Of a stretch of DNA of 36,568 nucleotides, positions 28,201 to 36,238 are shown piece after piece. Origin of the DNA: Clostridia bacterium (GTDB lineage Bacteria > Bacillota > Clostridia > Oscillospirales > QAMX01); contig JAFYLV010000157.1 of assembly GCA_017556885.1 (NCBI GenBank), positions 1-36,568 of the forward strand, given 5' to 3'. The notes below the pieces were generated by a model. That model did not search any database. It was not told where the DNA came from and saw nothing but the letters and a program-made list of their open reading frames with translations. The translations under genes were made by a program, and so were the position numbers. Each line of letters begins with the position of its first letter. Position 1 is the first letter of the stretch.

Positions 28201-29292
28201 CCTGCCCCGCAGGACGATCCCACCGTCTACAATCTCATCGACGAGGGTAAGATCAGCTACATCATCTACACCGGTGCCATCCATGATACCGGCGCGGACG
28301 ACTACATTGAGCTGCACCGCCGCGCGATGCTGCACTCCATCGTCTGCCTGACCTCCCTTGACACTGCAAACGCCCTGGCCGACATCGTCGCAAGCCGCTT
28401 CAACGAGCTCAACACCGAGCTTGTGGACATCAACCACCTGCGCCGTTCCCGTCAGACCCTCGCCTTCTCCAAGATGCAGGGCTCCGGTGACGACTACATC
28501 TTCATCGACAACCGCGACCAGCGCATCACCTGCCCGGAATCCCTCTGCGTCAACCTCTGCCGTCCCCACACCGGTGTCGGTGCCGACGGTATCGCCCTCA
28601 TCGAGAATTCCGACGTGGCCGACTGCCGCATGCGCATCTTCAACACCGACGGCAGCGAGGGCCGCATGGCGGGCAACTGCATCCGCTGCGTGGGCAAGTA
28701 TGTCTACGATAAGGGCATCGTCCGCAAGGAGACCATCACCGTTGAGACCGCGAGCGGCGTGCGTGAGCTGAAGCTCTATACCCGCAACGGTAAGGTCAAC
28801 TACGTTACCGTCTGCATGGGCAAGGCCGATCTCTCCGCCGCAAGCCTGCCCACCACCCTGCCCGGTGACAAGCTCATCGATACCCCCGTCACCGTCGGCG
28901 GCAAGGAATACCGCATCACCTGCGTCTCCGTTGGCAATCCCCACTGCGTCATCTTCTGTGACAACGTGGACCGCGCGGACGTTGCCGGTGTCGGCCCCCT
29001 CTTTGAGAGCGCGCCCTTCTTCCCCGAGCGCATCAACACCGAGTTTATCCGCGTCGTCAACCCGCGCACCATCAAGATGCGCGTCTACGAGCGCGGCAAC
29101 GGCGAAACCCCTGCCTGCGGCACCGGCGCTTGTGCCGCGGTCGTCGCCGCCGTGGAAAACGGCTTCTGCAAGAAGGGCGAGGATATCACCGTCAAGCTGA
29201 CCGGCGGCGACCTGCTGGTCAACTACTCCGACGAGGGCGTCTTCCTCTCCGGCAATGCAAAGCTCGTCTTCGAGGGCTATACCGAGTATTGA
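25264..29292 (+). CDS. carB: Carbamoyl-phosphate synthase large subunit fused in frame to a C-terminal diaminopimelate-epimerase (DapF)-like domain
   Basis: This is a single 1342-aa ORF. Residues 1 to about 1065 form a complete CarB: two ATP-grasp halves (GSGPIVIGQAAEFDYAG and GSGPIRIGQGIEFDYSS), an oligomerisation domain and an MGS-like allosteric domain. Residues from about 1066 to 1342 form a complete DapF fold (FSKMQGSGDDYIFID, FNTDGSE, VSVGNPHCV, INTEF, YERGNGETPACGTGACA). The ATG overlaps the carA stop (TAATG). Confidence 0.9.
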   Translation: MPLQKNIRKVLVIGSGPIVIGQAAEFDYAGTQACAILKKEGLNVVLVNSTPATIMTDSACAYEIYLEPLTETTLKRIIEKEKPDSILAGLGGQTGLTLAMKLDKEGYLDRMGVKLLGTNAEAIDRAEDRQLFKDTMESIDQPCIPSDIANDLPTALEIAARIGYPVIVRPAFTLGGSGGGVAYSEEEMRVIAQTGLDRSPITQILVEKYIFGWKEVEFETMRDSAGNAIAVCSMENVDAVGVHTGDSVVVAPALTLSPKEYEMLRAASLKIIDALGIVGGCNCQFALNPESFEYAVIEVNPRVSRSSALASKATGYPIAKITTKVALGYTLPEIKNDITGVTCACFEPSVDYVVVKFPKWPFDKFAGASRNLGTQMKATGEVMSIASTFEAALMKAVRGCEISLDTLNAAPLSDKPLTERLAELNDRRLFTVFEALKAGMSIDEIHRITAIDEWFLCKMKNLADFEARIAGGLSDEDYKLGKKLGYPDAALSRISGRKDLPHIPCVYKMVDTCAAEFDAQTPYFYATYDEECEAERFAASPKPRILVLGSGPIRIGQGIEFDYSSVHCVWALKKLGYDVVIVNNNPETVSTDYDTSDRLYFEPLTSEDVMNIIEKEHPEGVVVAFGGQTAIKLTQFLDRSGIRIFGTSAESIDVAEDRERFDALLEQFNIRRPQGCGVLTMDEALAAANRLGYPVLLRPSYVIGGQNMTIARSDEDVRVYMTRILAGKIENPVLVDKYMMGTELEVDVISDGKDVLIPGVMEHVERAGVHSGDSIAVYPPYNINDKMLEKVVDYSTRLALAMGTRGLVNIQYLIYHNELYVIEVNPRASRTVPYISKVTGIPMVDLAARVMVGQTLAEQGYGTGLYRTPPYYTVKVPVFSFEKLLDANSRLGPEMKSTGEVLGIGKNLNEALFKGLTAAGNIVTTAQAADCGVFICVDTHDSYEIVGIAKKFSDLGMTLYVTPETNRAIEGLGIETTVVPAPQDDPTVYNLIDEGKISYIIYTGAIHDTGADDYIELHRRAMLHSIVCLTSLDTANALADIVASRFNELNTELVDINHLRRSRQTLAFSKMQGSGDDYIFIDNRDQRITCPESLCVNLCRPHTGVGADGIALIENSDVADCRMRIFNTDGSEGRMAGNCIRCVGKYVYDKGIVRKETITVETASGVRELKLYTRNGKVNYVTVCMGKADLSAASLPTTLPGDKLIDTPVTVGGKEYRITCVSVGNPHCVIFCDNVDRADVAGVGPLFESAPFFPERINTEFIRVVNPRTIKMRVYERGNGETPACGTGACAAVVAAVENGFCKKGEDITVKLTGGDLLVNYSDEGVFLSGNAKLVFEGYTEY

Positions 29293-29310
29293 TCCGAAGG
29301 AAAATCATCC

Positions 29311-29344
29311 AAAAAGCCGGTGAAGTGATTCACCGGCTTTTTTG
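29311..29344 (+). terminator. Intrinsic terminator of the arginine/CPS operon
   Basis: The sequence is AGCCGGTGAA-gtga-TTCACCGGCT followed by TTTTTTG, located 20 nt after the carB-dapF stop. Confidence 0.85.
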
Positions 29345-29455
29345 TGTACTTATTTGTATAGTTTGCTATGTACAAACGGGAACTTTTCTGCTAAAATTAA
29401 TATGGTGTTCTATGTATATAATAATTTGATAGATTTTTGAAAGGCGGACAGGAAC

Positions 29456-30853
29456 ATGCAGAAATTTATGGATGCAGATTTTCTTCTCACCACCGATGAG
29501 GCCCGCAGCCTCTATCATGATTTTGCAGAAAAGCTTCCTATCATTGATTACCACTGCCATCTTAACCCCCGCGAGATCGCGGAGGATCACCGCTTCCGCT
29601 CCATCACCGAAGCATGGCTCGGCGGCGACCACTACAAGTGGCGCATGATGCGCATCAACGGCGTTGACGAGCGTTATATCACCGGCGATGCCGACGATTA
29701 CGAAAAGTTCCTCGCCTGGGCGGACACCCTGTCCCGCTCCATCGGCAACCCCCTCTACCACTGGACGCATCTGGAGCTGCAGCGCTTCTTCGGCATCGAC
29801 ACCCCCCTCACCCCGGAGACCGCGCCGGAGATCTATGAAAAGTGCAACGAGCTCCTTGCCCGCCCTGATATGAGCGCCCGCGGCCTGATGCTGCGTTCCG
29901 GCGTTGAGCTGGTGTGCACCACCGACGATCCCGCCGACGACCTGCGCTGGCACAAGGCCATCGCCGAGAGCGGCTTTGCCGTCAAGGTCCTGCCCACCTA
30001 CCGCCCCGACCGCGCCATGGATCTCTCCCGCGACGATTTCAAGGACTATCTCAAGGAGCTGGGCCGCGCCGCCGGTGTTCGCATCACCTCTCTCGCCGCC
30101 CTGCTGAAGGCGCTGGAGAAGCGCATGGACTACTTTGCCGAGTGCGGCTGCCGCCTCTCCGACCATGCCTTTGAAAAGTGCCCCGCCATCACCTATTCCG
30201 CCTTCCGCGCCGCCGACGTCTTCGATCGCTGCCTCGCCGGCGAGTCCATCTCCGCAGAGGATATGGAAGGCTATCAGGGCTACATGATCCGCGCCCTCGG
30301 CGCCATGATCGCCGCCCGCGACTGGACCATGCAGCTGCATTTCGGTGCCCTGCGCAACAACAACACCCGTATGTTCGAGGCTCTCGGCCGCGACACCGGT
30401 TACGACGTTATGGCCGATCATCCCCTCGCCTGCGCCCTTGCACGCCTGCTGGATGATCTATCCTCCAACGGCGCCCTGCCCCGCACCATCGTCTACACCC
30501 TCAACCCCAAGGACAACTATCCCATCGGCGCCCTTACCGGCACCTTTGCCGACGGCTCCGCAGCCGGCAAGGTCCAGTTTGGTTCTGCCTGGTGGTTTGC
30601 CGATCATCTGGACGGTATGCGCCGTCAGATGACCGATCTTGCGAGCCTCGGTATGCTCTCCCGCTTCGTCGGCATGCTCACCGACTCCCGCTCCTTCCTC
30701 TCCTATCCCCGTCATGAGTATTTCCGCCGCATCGTCTGCGAGTTGGTTGGCGGTTACGTCGCCCGCGGCGAGTATCCCAACGACCGCAAGATGCTGGAAA
30801 CCATCGTCTGCGGCATCTGCCACGACAACGCAGCTTCCTACTTCAAGTTCTGA
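29456..30853 (+). CDS. uxaC: Glucuronate isomerase (uronate isomerase)
   Basis: The 465-aa product begins FLLTTDEARSLYHDFAEKLPIIDYHCHLNPREIAED...GDHYKWRMMR, a typical UxaC N-terminus and metal-binding HxH motif. Confidence 0.93.
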   Translation: MQKFMDADFLLTTDEARSLYHDFAEKLPIIDYHCHLNPREIAEDHRFRSITEAWLGGDHYKWRMMRINGVDERYITGDADDYEKFLAWADTLSRSIGNPLYHWTHLELQRFFGIDTPLTPETAPEIYEKCNELLARPDMSARGLMLRSGVELVCTTDDPADDLRWHKAIAESGFAVKVLPTYRPDRAMDLSRDDFKDYLKELGRAAGVRITSLAALLKALEKRMDYFAECGCRLSDHAFEKCPAITYSAFRAADVFDRCLAGESISAEDMEGYQGYMIRALGAMIAARDWTMQLHFGALRNNNTRMFEALGRDTGYDVMADHPLACALARLLDDLSSNGALPRTIVYTLNPKDNYPIGALTGTFADGSAAGKVQFGSAWWFADHLDGMRRQMTDLASLGMLSRFVGMLTDSRSFLSYPRHEYFRRIVCELVGGYVARGEYPNDRKMLETIVCGICHDNAASYFKF

Positions 30854-30898
30854 TCATTTTCCGCCCGAATCCCGGGCTTTTAAGGAGAATTCTGACCC

Positions 30899-32860
30899 AT
30901 GTCTGACATTGAAAAGACCCCCGACACCGCCCCGGAGGAACTTCTGAACTCTATCCGATCCATTGCGGATGAGACCACTGCCGAGGCTATCCACGAGGCC
31001 ATTGCGGAATCCCCCGAGCAGGTGGAAGCCCCTCCCGCCATTGCTGTTTCCGCCGAAAGCACCCCGGAGCCCGTGTCCGCTGAAGAAACAGCAGAGGAAG
31101 CACCGACGGATCCCTCCGTTCCCACAGATAAGCCGGCACGTTCCCGCAAACCGCTGTGGATCACCCTTGCGGCGATCTGCGGCGCGGTTGTGCTGCTTTT
31201 CTGTGCACTTCTTTGGCTTGTTTACGTCAAAAAGAGCGTTTATCCCGGCGTCAGTGTCATGGGAAACAGTTTCTCCGGCCTTAACGCCGCAGAGATCCGC
31301 GTGCGTTTAAATGAGCTTAACGATGTCACATTCAAGGACAAGAGCATCACCGTATCCTTCCGCGGCGAGACCCTTTCCGTCTCCACCGAGGAACTCGGCA
31401 TGCACTATGATACAACGGATGTGACCGATAAGCTTCTCGCCTACGGCCGCGAAGGCTCCTTCTTTGCCCGCATCAAGGCCATTTTCTCCGCCTGGTGCAA
31501 CGGCTATAACGTGGATCTCTCCTCTGCCTACGCAACAGAGCTTCTTTCCGCCCGTCTCGGCGGTTTTGCAGATCAGGTCTACGTTCCCGTCCGCGAGTTT
31601 TCCCACACTGTCTCCGGAGACAGCGTGACCGTCCTTGCGGGCATACCCGGCTATGCGCTGGATGTGGATGCCGCTCTTGCCGAAATTAGCCGCCGCATCA
31701 ACGCCGGCGATTTCTCTCCGCTGGAGCTGCAGCCCGTGGTCACAGAGCCTGCCGCAATCAATGTGGAGACCCTCTATACCGCCGTGTATGTTGCCCCTGT
31801 CAACGCCCGCGTCAACGCCACCTCTCCCACTGCCTATACCGTTGTCGCACACAAAAACGGCCGCGATTTTGACAAGGCTGCCGCGGAGAAGGCCCTTGCC
31901 GGACTCGGCTACGGTGAGCATCTTGCCCTTCCCCTGCGGGTAATGGAGGCTAAGGTCAAATATGAGGATCTCGCCGGCCGCGAGTTCTTCACCGATATTC
32001 TCGGCACCACCTCCTCCACCTTCAATGTCCGTGAGGTCAACCGCACTGTAAACGTCACCCTTGCCGCGAAACACTGCAACGGCATCGTGCTTATGCCCGG
32101 TGACGAATTCTCCTTCAACGGCTCCGTCGGTCCCCGTACCGCCGCCCGCGGTTTCAAATCTGCCGCTATTTTTGCCGGCGGCGAGGTTGTGGACGGCCTC
32201 GGCGGCGGTATCTGTCAGGTGTCTTCCATGATCTATATGTCCGTCCTGAAGGCGGAGCTTGCCATCGTCAACCGCCGTCCTCACCGCTTTATCGTGGATT
32301 ATACTCCCATCGGCCAGGACGCCACGGTGGTTTACGGCTCCATTGACTTCAAGTTCAAAAACTCCAATTCCAATCCCGTTTATCTCTCCGCCACCATTTC
32401 CGGCAGCACGCTGACCGTCACCCTGTACGGCACCTCCGCATATACCGGAGAAGGTGAGCGCACCGTGACCCTGGAGACCAAGATCAACTCCACCACCGCC
32501 TACACCACCAAATATACCACCGATAATTCCCTTGCTCCCGGTGCCAGCAAGGTCACCCAGAAGGGAAAGAACGGTTACACCTGTGAGGTCTGGCGCGTAG
32601 TCCGTATTGACGGTGCCGAGGTTTCCCGCGAGAAGGTCAACAATTCCTCCTATTCTCCCTGTACCAAGCAGGTCAAGCAGGGCCCCACTCCCACAGCGGC
32701 TCCGGAAGCCCCCGGTCTGACTGTCATACCGCATCCTACGGCCACCCCGACCCCCACCGCGACCGCAGCACCCACGCAGACGCCCGTTCCCTCGCCCACG
32801 ACGGAGCCGATGCCGACGCCCGAGCCCACCCCTGAGGTGACCGCCGCCCCTGCTGCCTGA
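30899..32860 (+). CDS. VanW-family membrane-anchored protein with a G5 domain and a Pro/Thr-rich tail
   Basis: The product has an acidic N-terminal region, a single TM helix (LWITLAAICGAVVLLFCALLWLVYV), a VanW core (GGGICQVSSMIYMSVL), a G5-like module (KVTQKGKNGYTCEVWRVVRIDG...REKVNNSSYSP) and a C-terminal PTATPTPTATAAPTQTPVPSPTTEPMPTPEPTPE tail. AAGGAG RBS lies upstream. Confidence 0.8.
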   Translation: MSDIEKTPDTAPEELLNSIRSIADETTAEAIHEAIAESPEQVEAPPAIAVSAESTPEPVSAEETAEEAPTDPSVPTDKPARSRKPLWITLAAICGAVVLLFCALLWLVYVKKSVYPGVSVMGNSFSGLNAAEIRVRLNELNDVTFKDKSITVSFRGETLSVSTEELGMHYDTTDVTDKLLAYGREGSFFARIKAIFSAWCNGYNVDLSSAYATELLSARLGGFADQVYVPVREFSHTVSGDSVTVLAGIPGYALDVDAALAEISRRINAGDFSPLELQPVVTEPAAINVETLYTAVYVAPVNARVNATSPTAYTVVAHKNGRDFDKAAAEKALAGLGYGEHLALPLRVMEAKVKYEDLAGREFFTDILGTTSSTFNVREVNRTVNVTLAAKHCNGIVLMPGDEFSFNGSVGPRTAARGFKSAAIFAGGEVVDGLGGGICQVSSMIYMSVLKAELAIVNRRPHRFIVDYTPIGQDATVVYGSIDFKFKNSNSNPVYLSATISGSTLTVTLYGTSAYTGEGERTVTLETKINSTTAYTTKYTTDNSLAPGASKVTQKGKNGYTCEVWRVVRIDGAEVSREKVNNSSYSPCTKQVKQGPTPTAAPEAPGLTVIPHPTATPTPTATAAPTQTPVPSPTTEPMPTPEPTPEVTAAPAA

Positions 32861-32894
32861 TGCCCCTCGCGCACTCTGAAAGGAGCCTGTATCT

Positions 32895-33794
32895 ATGCAA
32901 ACGCCCCGTGTCGGCATGCGCCGACGCAGACTGATCATCAAACAACGGGCCAAGACCATCTCCGCCCTTTTCTATTTCCGGCTGCTGGTGCTCTTTGCCC
33001 TGTATTTCTTCCCCTTTACGCTGGCGGCAGATCTATTCGGCCGCATCAGCTTCGGAGGGCCGGAATTCCAGCTTTTCGGTATCACCGTGAATGTAACACG
33101 GGAGCTTCTGCTGCTCGGAACGCTGGTGCTGGAATCCCCCATTTTCCTCGGTGTGTGCGATTACATGCTCGCCCTCGACCGGGAGACGCCTAAGCCCCTC
33201 GTTTCCGTCTTCTCCTGGTACAGCGAAGGCCCCCGTGTCAAAGAAGGGCTGCGCTATTCACTTTTTAACATCGTACTTCACGTGATCCTCTTTCCCCTGC
33301 AGCGGCTTCCGATGCTTTGGGCTGCAGGTCATATGGAGGAATACTCCAATGCCGCCGCTGCGGTCATGGAGGCAGCCCGGACAGGTACCGAGGCGGATAT
33401 GTCCGTTGTAGACACCGTCACCCGCCTCTCCGGGCAGATCACCGCCTGCGAGGGCATCGTTCTGCTCGCCACGGTCATCACGATGTGGTTCGCACCGCTT
33501 CCCTACCTGCTGGCAGAGGATCCCGGCAACGGCAGTTTCTTCCGCAAGGTCCTTGCATCGATGACGGTCATGCGCGGCCATCTCATCGAATACTGCATCT
33601 TCTGTGTGAGCTTTGCCGGCTGGTATCTGCTTGCAAGCCTCTTCGGGCAGTACATGTGCGTCCTCTTCTACCCCTATATCCACATTGCACAGGCCATTTT
33701 CCTCAACCGGCTGATCCTCGCCCGGCGGCGTATGGATGCCCCGCCTCCCGAAACCCCTGACGAGGGAAAGCCCGAGAATCCGGAAAATCAATAA
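32895..33794 (+). CDS. Integral membrane protein of unknown function (possibly DUF975-like)
   Basis: The 299-aa product has a basic N-terminus (MRRRRLIIKQRAK) and about 6 hydrophobic segments. AGGAG RBS lies 9 nt upstream. The family call is tentative. Confidence 0.6.
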   Translation: MQTPRVGMRRRRLIIKQRAKTISALFYFRLLVLFALYFFPFTLAADLFGRISFGGPEFQLFGITVNVTRELLLLGTLVLESPIFLGVCDYMLALDRETPKPLVSVFSWYSEGPRVKEGLRYSLFNIVLHVILFPLQRLPMLWAAGHMEEYSNAAAAVMEAARTGTEADMSVVDTVTRLSGQITACEGIVLLATVITMWFAPLPYLLAEDPGNGSFFRKVLASMTVMRGHLIEYCIFCVSFAGWYLLASLFGQYMCVLFYPYIHIAQAIFLNRLILARRRMDAPPPETPDEGKPENPENQ

Positions 33795-33826
33795 TTCAAA
33801 TACAATCGGCAAGGAGTGTTTTTCAT

Positions 33827-35251
33827 ATGTCCCTTTCCATTTACAATACCCTCTCCCGCACTAAGGAGGAATTTGTTCCTCTGCAGGGCAAAAATGTCGG
33901 CATGTATGTCTGCGGCCCCACGGTCTACGGCATGCCCCATGTCGGCCACGCCAAGAGCTACGTCAGCTTTGATATCATCCACCGCTATCTGACCTATCTT
34001 GGCTACAACGTCAAGTACGTGCAGAATATCACCGATGTCGGTCACCTTGTCGGTGACTCCGATGAGGGCGAGGACAAGATTCAGAAGCAGGCCCGCCTTG
34101 AGGCGCTGGATCCCGTTGCCATTGCCTACCGCTATGAAACCCTTTATTTTGATTGCATGGATGCCCTCGGTGTCCGCAAGCCCACCATCTCCTGCCGCGC
34201 CACCGGCCACATCATCGAGATCATCGCCATGGTGCAGGAGCTGCTGGACAAGGGTTATGCCTATGTCACCGATGCAGGCAACGTTTATTACCGTGTTTCT
34301 TCCTTCAAGGATTACGGCAAACTCTCCCACCGCGAGATCGACGAGACCGTCTCCGGCTCCCGTATCTCCGTGGCAGATGATAAGGAGCAGCCCGAGGATT
34401 TCGCCCTCTGGAAGCGTGCCGACGGCGGCCATCTCATGAAGTGGCCCTCTCCCTGGGGCGAAGGCTACCCCGGCTGGCACATTGAGTGCTCCGTCATGAG
34501 CCGCAAGTATCTCGGCGAGACCTTTGACATCCACGGCGGCGGCATTGACAATATGTTCCCCCATCACGACTGCGAGATCGCCCAGTCCGAGGCGGCCAAC
34601 GGCTGCCCCTTCGTTAAATACTTTGTTCATAACAACCTCGTCACCGTCAACGGTCAGAAGATGGGCAAGTCCCTCGGCAACTTCATCACCCTGCCCGATC
34701 TCTTTGCGGAATTTGATCCCATGCTCATCCGCTTCTATATCCTGCAGGCACACTACCGCAAGCCCACCGACTTCGACCGCACCAAGATCGCCGAGGTAGG
34801 CGACATCTACGATAAGCTCTGCGCCTCCATCGCCTCTGCCCGCCGCCGCGCGGGAGATGCCGCCCCCATTGAGGATGCCGATGCAGCCCGTCTGCAGGCG
34901 GATTTCGAGGCCGCGATGAACGACGATTTCAACACCGCCCTCGCCATTTCCACCGTCTACGAGCTCTCCAAGACCCTCAACACCGAGTGTGCCAAGGGCG
35001 CTCCCGATGCAGGTCGTCTCGCGGCTCTGCTTCGTGTCGTTGACGAGTGCTTTGTGCCCGTTCTCGGCCTCACATTTGCGGCCAAGGGCGGCGATGACAG
35101 TGGAAAGTACATCGAGTATATCCTCCAGCTTCGTGCCGATATGCGCAAGGAAAAGCGCTTTGACGTGGCCGATCGCATTCGCGATGACCTCGCCGCCATG
35201 GGCGTCGAAGTTCTGGACGGCAAGGCCGGGTCCGGCTGGCGGCTGAAGTGA
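33827..35251 (+). CDS. cysS: Cysteine--tRNA ligase
   Basis: The 474-aa product has the HIGH-type motif ([17 protein letters not shown]), the KMSKS-type motif (KMGKSLGN) and the Zn-binding context WHIECS. AAGGAG RBS lies upstream. Confidence 0.95.
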   Translation: MSLSIYNTLSRTKEEFVPLQGKNVGMYVCGPTVYGMPHVGHAKSYVSFDIIHRYLTYLGYNVKYVQNITDVGHLVGDSDEGEDKIQKQARLEALDPVAIAYRYETLYFDCMDALGVRKPTISCRATGHIIEIIAMVQELLDKGYAYVTDAGNVYYRVSSFKDYGKLSHREIDETVSGSRISVADDKEQPEDFALWKRADGGHLMKWPSPWGEGYPGWHIECSVMSRKYLGETFDIHGGGIDNMFPHHDCEIAQSEAANGCPFVKYFVHNNLVTVNGQKMGKSLGNFITLPDLFAEFDPMLIRFYILQAHYRKPTDFDRTKIAEVGDIYDKLCASIASARRRAGDAAPIEDADAARLQADFEAAMNDDFNTALAISTVYELSKTLNTECAKGAPDAGRLAALLRVVDECFVPVLGLTFAAKGGDDSGKYIEYILQLRADMRKEKRFDVADRIRDDLAAMGVEVLDGKAGSGWRLK

Positions 35252-36063
35252 CCGCCGCCGATCTGAAGGTTTTGTCTGCAGCCGTAGAGATCGGGCTTCC
35301 CGAACCTCTGCGGCTGCTTCACATAACCGATACTCATGTCAACCTTCCCGGCCCGGGAAATCCCACCGAGGAGGCCTACACCGAAAATTTCGCCGCCGCC
35401 ATCGAATACGCCAAGGCACAGGATCTCTTCGTGGTCCATACGGGCGATCTGACGGTTTACAACACGCCGGAGAATTACGCCTTTGCAAAACGCATGCTCT
35501 CCGAAGTGGATCACATTTGCATCATCGGCAATCACGATCTCACCCTGCCCGGCAAAGTCGGCCACAATGACCCCGTGATGGGCGCAAAGGTGCTTCCCGA
35601 GGTGCAGGCCTATTTTGAGCATGATCTTACCTTCTCCTCCCGCATCGTCGGCGGCGTAAATTTCGTCAGCCTCAACAATATCCACTATCGGATCAAGCCC
35701 TGGCAGGTGGAGCGTCTGCAGGCTGAAGCAAAGCGCGGCTATCCCATCATTCTGCTGCTCCACATTCCGCTCTTTGATTCCGAAGAGGCTAAGATCATGG
35801 CAGATAAAGGCCGCAAATGCCCCCACATGCTTACACCGCCGGAGCAATACCGTGCCGTTTACGGTGAACACACCTGGGCACGGCAGTGCGCCGATGCGGA
35901 TACCCTCGACGCCGTGCGGTACATCGGCAGTGAGCCCGCAATCCGTGCGATCTTTGCCGGACATCTGCACGAACGGCATGACGGTATCTGCGACTGCGGC
36001 AAGCGCCAAATCATCACAAACGGCGTTTTTCAAGGCTACGTCCGTGAAATCATGGTATATTAA
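35248..36063 (+). CDS. Calcineurin-like metallophosphoesterase
   Basis: Motifs LHITDTHV, HTGDL, IGNHD, LLLHIP and AGHLHERH. The proposed GTG start at 35248 overlaps the cysS stop (GTGA). The exact start is uncertain. Confidence 0.72.
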   Translation: MTAADLKVLSAAVEIGLPEPLRLLHITDTHVNLPGPGNPTEEAYTENFAAAIEYAKAQDLFVVHTGDLTVYNTPENYAFAKRMLSEVDHICIIGNHDLTLPGKVGHNDPVMGAKVLPEVQAYFEHDLTFSSRIVGGVNFVSLNNIHYRIKPWQVERLQAEAKRGYPIILLLHIPLFDSEEAKIMADKGRKCPHMLTPPEQYRAVYGEHTWARQCADADTLDAVRYIGSEPAIRAIFAGHLHERHDGICDCGKRQIITNGVFQGYVREIMVY

Positions 36064-36071
36064 GAATAGAC

Positions 36072-36108
36072 ACCACCCCCTCTGCGATATGCGCGCAGAG
36101 GGGGTGGT
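36072..36108 (+). terminator. Strong GC-rich hairpin after the metallophosphoesterase gene (terminator candidate, weak U-tract)
   Basis: The sequence is ACCACCCCCTCTGCG-atatgcg-CGCAGAGGGGGTGGT, a perfect 15-bp stem. Only TTT occurs shortly downstream. Confidence 0.45.
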
Positions 36109-36181
36109 AGCATTTAGCGGAACGTAATATTGCTGCCGGGAAGAAAAGGCACCTAAGAAAAAAATTTTATAATTCGCCCGT

Positions 36182-36216
36182 TAAAAAGCGCCCTCCGGAA
36201 AAACCGGAGGGCGCTT
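36182..36216 (-). terminator. Intrinsic terminator of gap
   Basis: The sequence is AGCGCCCTCCGG-aaaaa-CCGGAGGGCGCT. The minus strand follows it with TTTTT. It lies about 20 nt after the gap TAA at 36239. Confidence 0.75.
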
Positions 36217-36238
36217 TCTGTTAACTTTTCGGAGAGAC

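Noticed and set aside
25261-28944. Minus-strand ORFs 25261..26964 (567 aa) and 27031..28944 (637 aa), opposite carB.
   Set aside because: They are antisense to an unambiguous CarB coding sequence, and their products are low-complexity.
28474-29292. An independent dapF gene starting at the internal ATG at 28474.
   Set aside because: No stop codon separates it from carB, and no purine-rich RBS precedes the ATG. DapF homology also begins about five residues upstream of that Met (LAFSKM aligns with MQFSKM), so the domain is part of the carB ORF.
32700-32860. A Pro/Thr-rich low-complexity stretch at the 3' end of the VanW gene, considered as a possible separate feature or repeat.
   Set aside because: It is in frame and continuous with the VanW/G5 ORF. 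It is a typical cell-wall-spanning linker or tail, not an independent element.
33795-33826. A possible T-box leader upstream of cysS.
   Set aside because: The intergenic space is only 32 nt and contains just the RBS, which leaves no room for a T-box riboswitch.
29366-36033. Minus-strand ORFs 29366..30421, 31307..32959, 33788..34753 and 34957..36033.
   Set aside because: They are antisense to uxaC, the VanW gene, the membrane protein gene, cysS and the metallophosphoesterase gene. They have no motifs and show the same compositional artefact.
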